From the NCBI RefSeq assembly GCF_964188315.1, contig NC_135670.1:15996001-16060000 (forward strand): a DNA stretch of 64,000 nt, read 5' to 3'. Source of the DNA: Podarcis muralis (lineage: Eukaryota). A program made the translations under genes and the position numbers. Each line of letters starts with the position of its first letter. Within the stretch, counting starts at the first letter, position 1. The notes beneath the pieces are model-generated. The model did not search any database and was not told the origin of the DNA. It saw only the letters and a list, made by a program, of their open reading frames with translations. Below are positions 62,343 through 64,000 of the stretch, in pieces.

Positions 62343-62673
62343 CAGGGGTCAGCAAACTTTTTCAGCAGGGGGCCAGTCCACTGTCCCTCAGACCTTGGGG
62401 GGGGGGGGGGCCGGACTATATTTTTTTTTGGGGGGGGAATGAATGAATTCCTATGTCCCACAAATAACCCAGAGATGTATTTTAAATAAAAGCACACATT
62501 CTACTCATGTAAAGACACCAGGCAGGCCCCTCAAATAACCCAGAGATGCGTTTTAAATAAAAGGACACATTCCACTCACGTAAAAACACGCTGATTCCTG
62601 GACCATCCGCAGGCCAGATTTAGAAGGCAATTGGGCCGGATCCAGCCTCCGGGCCTTAGTTTGCCTACTCATG
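62343..62673. mobile_element. hAT-Charlie-like MITE with internal ~65-bp duplication
   Basis: Reverse-orientation relative of 40592-40849; TSD CATTTAAT/CATTTATT; CAAATAACCCAGAGATG..TTTTAAATAAAAG..CACATTC.ACTCA.GTAAA occurs twice. Confidence 0.78.
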
Positions 62674-62809
62674 CATTTATTCATTGCATTTCTATCCCAC
62701 ATTTCTCTCCAAGGGGACAGATGTGCTTCTCCCCCTCCTTTTTCAATCCTCACAACAACCCTGTGAGGTGGATTCAGGTCGGTAGCCATCTTAGTCTGAT
62801 GCAGTCGAA

Positions 62810-62910
62810 ATACAGTAAATTAAAAAATTGTCCAGTAGCACCTTAGAGACCAACTAAGTTCATTCTGGGTAGAATAAGCTTTTGTGTGCATACACACTTC
62901 TTCAGATACC
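62810..62910. mobile_element. Penelope-like terminal fragment inserted in a minus-strand tRNA SINE (62675-63040)
   Basis: GTCCAGTAGCACCTTAGAGACCAACTAAG..GCTTT.GTGTGCA..CACACTTCTTCAGATAC resembles reptile Penelope terminal repeats (recognition from memory only). Confidence 0.45.
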
Positions 62911-63330
62911 TGTGAGGTAGGTTAGGCTGAGAGGCAGTGACTGAGCTCAAGGTCACCCAGGCAGCTTCATGGCAGCCGAGCCAGGATTTGAACCCTTGTC
63001 TCTCCCAGGTCCTAGTTTGACATTCAAATCACTACACCATATTGGCTCTCAAGATCAAGCTCAGCCCTGATTTTAGGGTTGCCTTACATCTGCAATTTCC
63101 AGGATATACACAGAATATTGCAGTAGGAAGCCATGTCTGGATGGAAATGGTAGGTTGTCTGGGAAATCCGAACGTATGGCAAGCCATGTTGGCAGTGTCG
63201 TTTATGCCCAACAACTTTTTTGACCGGATTTTCACTTTTTGAAATAATGGCAACCCCTTTTTATGTGACTCCTCCTCCTCGTCCTCTGTTTTATATTTCA
63301 CAATAACATCTCTTACTGTTTTGCTTTCAG

Positions 63331-63709
63331 GTAGCAACGCAGAGCAACCAAGAAGTTCCATTTCTGAGTATGAGTGGGGTGTCGTTAAAAAGGGAAATTC
63401 CAGCATGCACAAAAAAAGTGTACATTTCCAACAAAAGAGACACAAATCTTTGATTCCTGAGTAAGCTAAAGCTATCCAAAATTAGAAGCACTGGAGAAGG
63501 CAGCAGTCTTATTATTTTTAATCACAGGTTTTGATGGGGATTTCCTTTGCTTCAGACCTGGGGATGGATGACCAAGTTGTGGGTGGACTCTGATGGACAT
63601 TTTGCTGCCGCCCAGTCACACTTCACAGTTCAAGTGACTGTGAAGGGAAACCAGAACAGCCAGCAGTTTTGGGAAGAGAAGTTTGTCTTTCACATTCCAG
63701 AGGACCGAT
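63331..63709 (+). other. Unassigned candidate exons (63331-63460 and 63556-63709)
   Basis: TTGCTTTCAG|...CCTGA|GTAAGC and TTTGCTTCAG|...CCGAT|GTGAGT, 95-nt spacer; each exon has one open frame, but the phases do not join into one ORF. Confidence 0.3.
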
Positions 63710-64000
63710 GTGAGTGCTCGCTTCTGTGTCCCCAAAACACCTTCTGAACCTGTGTATTTGCAAATACCCCACACAAAAACAATACAATCGGTTTTGCCTC
63801 TTATGTGCTCTTGAAGTGTTAAGTGCTCTTCAACTTCCCACCATTTGAGAATGGCAAACATGTTTTTTGTTTTTGTTTTTAAATTGGTATCGTTTCCAGA
63901 GCTGAGCCAAGTCTGAGCATGATTGCTGTTGAGCAGAGTGTGTTCTGCTGTCAGGTCAATATTTGTTTTGCCCAATTGTATACAGGAGCCTGAGCTGGAC

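Noticed and set aside
55400-64000. SMG5, expected head-to-head with TMEM79 from human synteny
   Set aside because: No SMG5-like peptide and no CpG island are visible; it may lie beyond the window.

Overview
Eukaryotic genomic DNA from a squamate reptile, probably a lacertid lizard (inferred from Sauria SINE, BovB and L2 content and the snake-like cystatin). Six protein-coding genes can be reconstructed by hand from splice sites and protein homology. From left to right: exon 1 of a secreted type-2 cystatin (-), SSR2 (-, 183 aa, with one U12-type intron), TSACC (-, ~153 aa), CCT3 (+, 14 coding exons, 546 aa, head-to-head with TSACC), GLMP (+, 403 aa, CLEAR box in the promoter) and TMEM79 (-, 397 aa). 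Introns and intergenic DNA are dense with transposons: a near-intact young L2 ORF2 plus a close relative, four BovB 3' fragments, eight Sauria SINEs (five with clean TSDs), other tRNA-derived SINEs, CR1 and L1 fragments, hAT and Tc1/mariner MITEs, and two related solo LTRs around TMEM79. No rRNA, true tRNA or CRISPR array was seen. I cannot support a wholly new biological system. The best leads are the solo LTRs as possible TMEM79 promoters, an unassigned exon-like cluster at the right end, the fold-back MITEs carrying ZNF143-like motifs, the intact L2 RT behind CCT3, a fold-back BovB insertion, and a recursive-splice-like TSACC exon. All coordinates were counted by eye, and repeat boundaries without TSDs are approximate.
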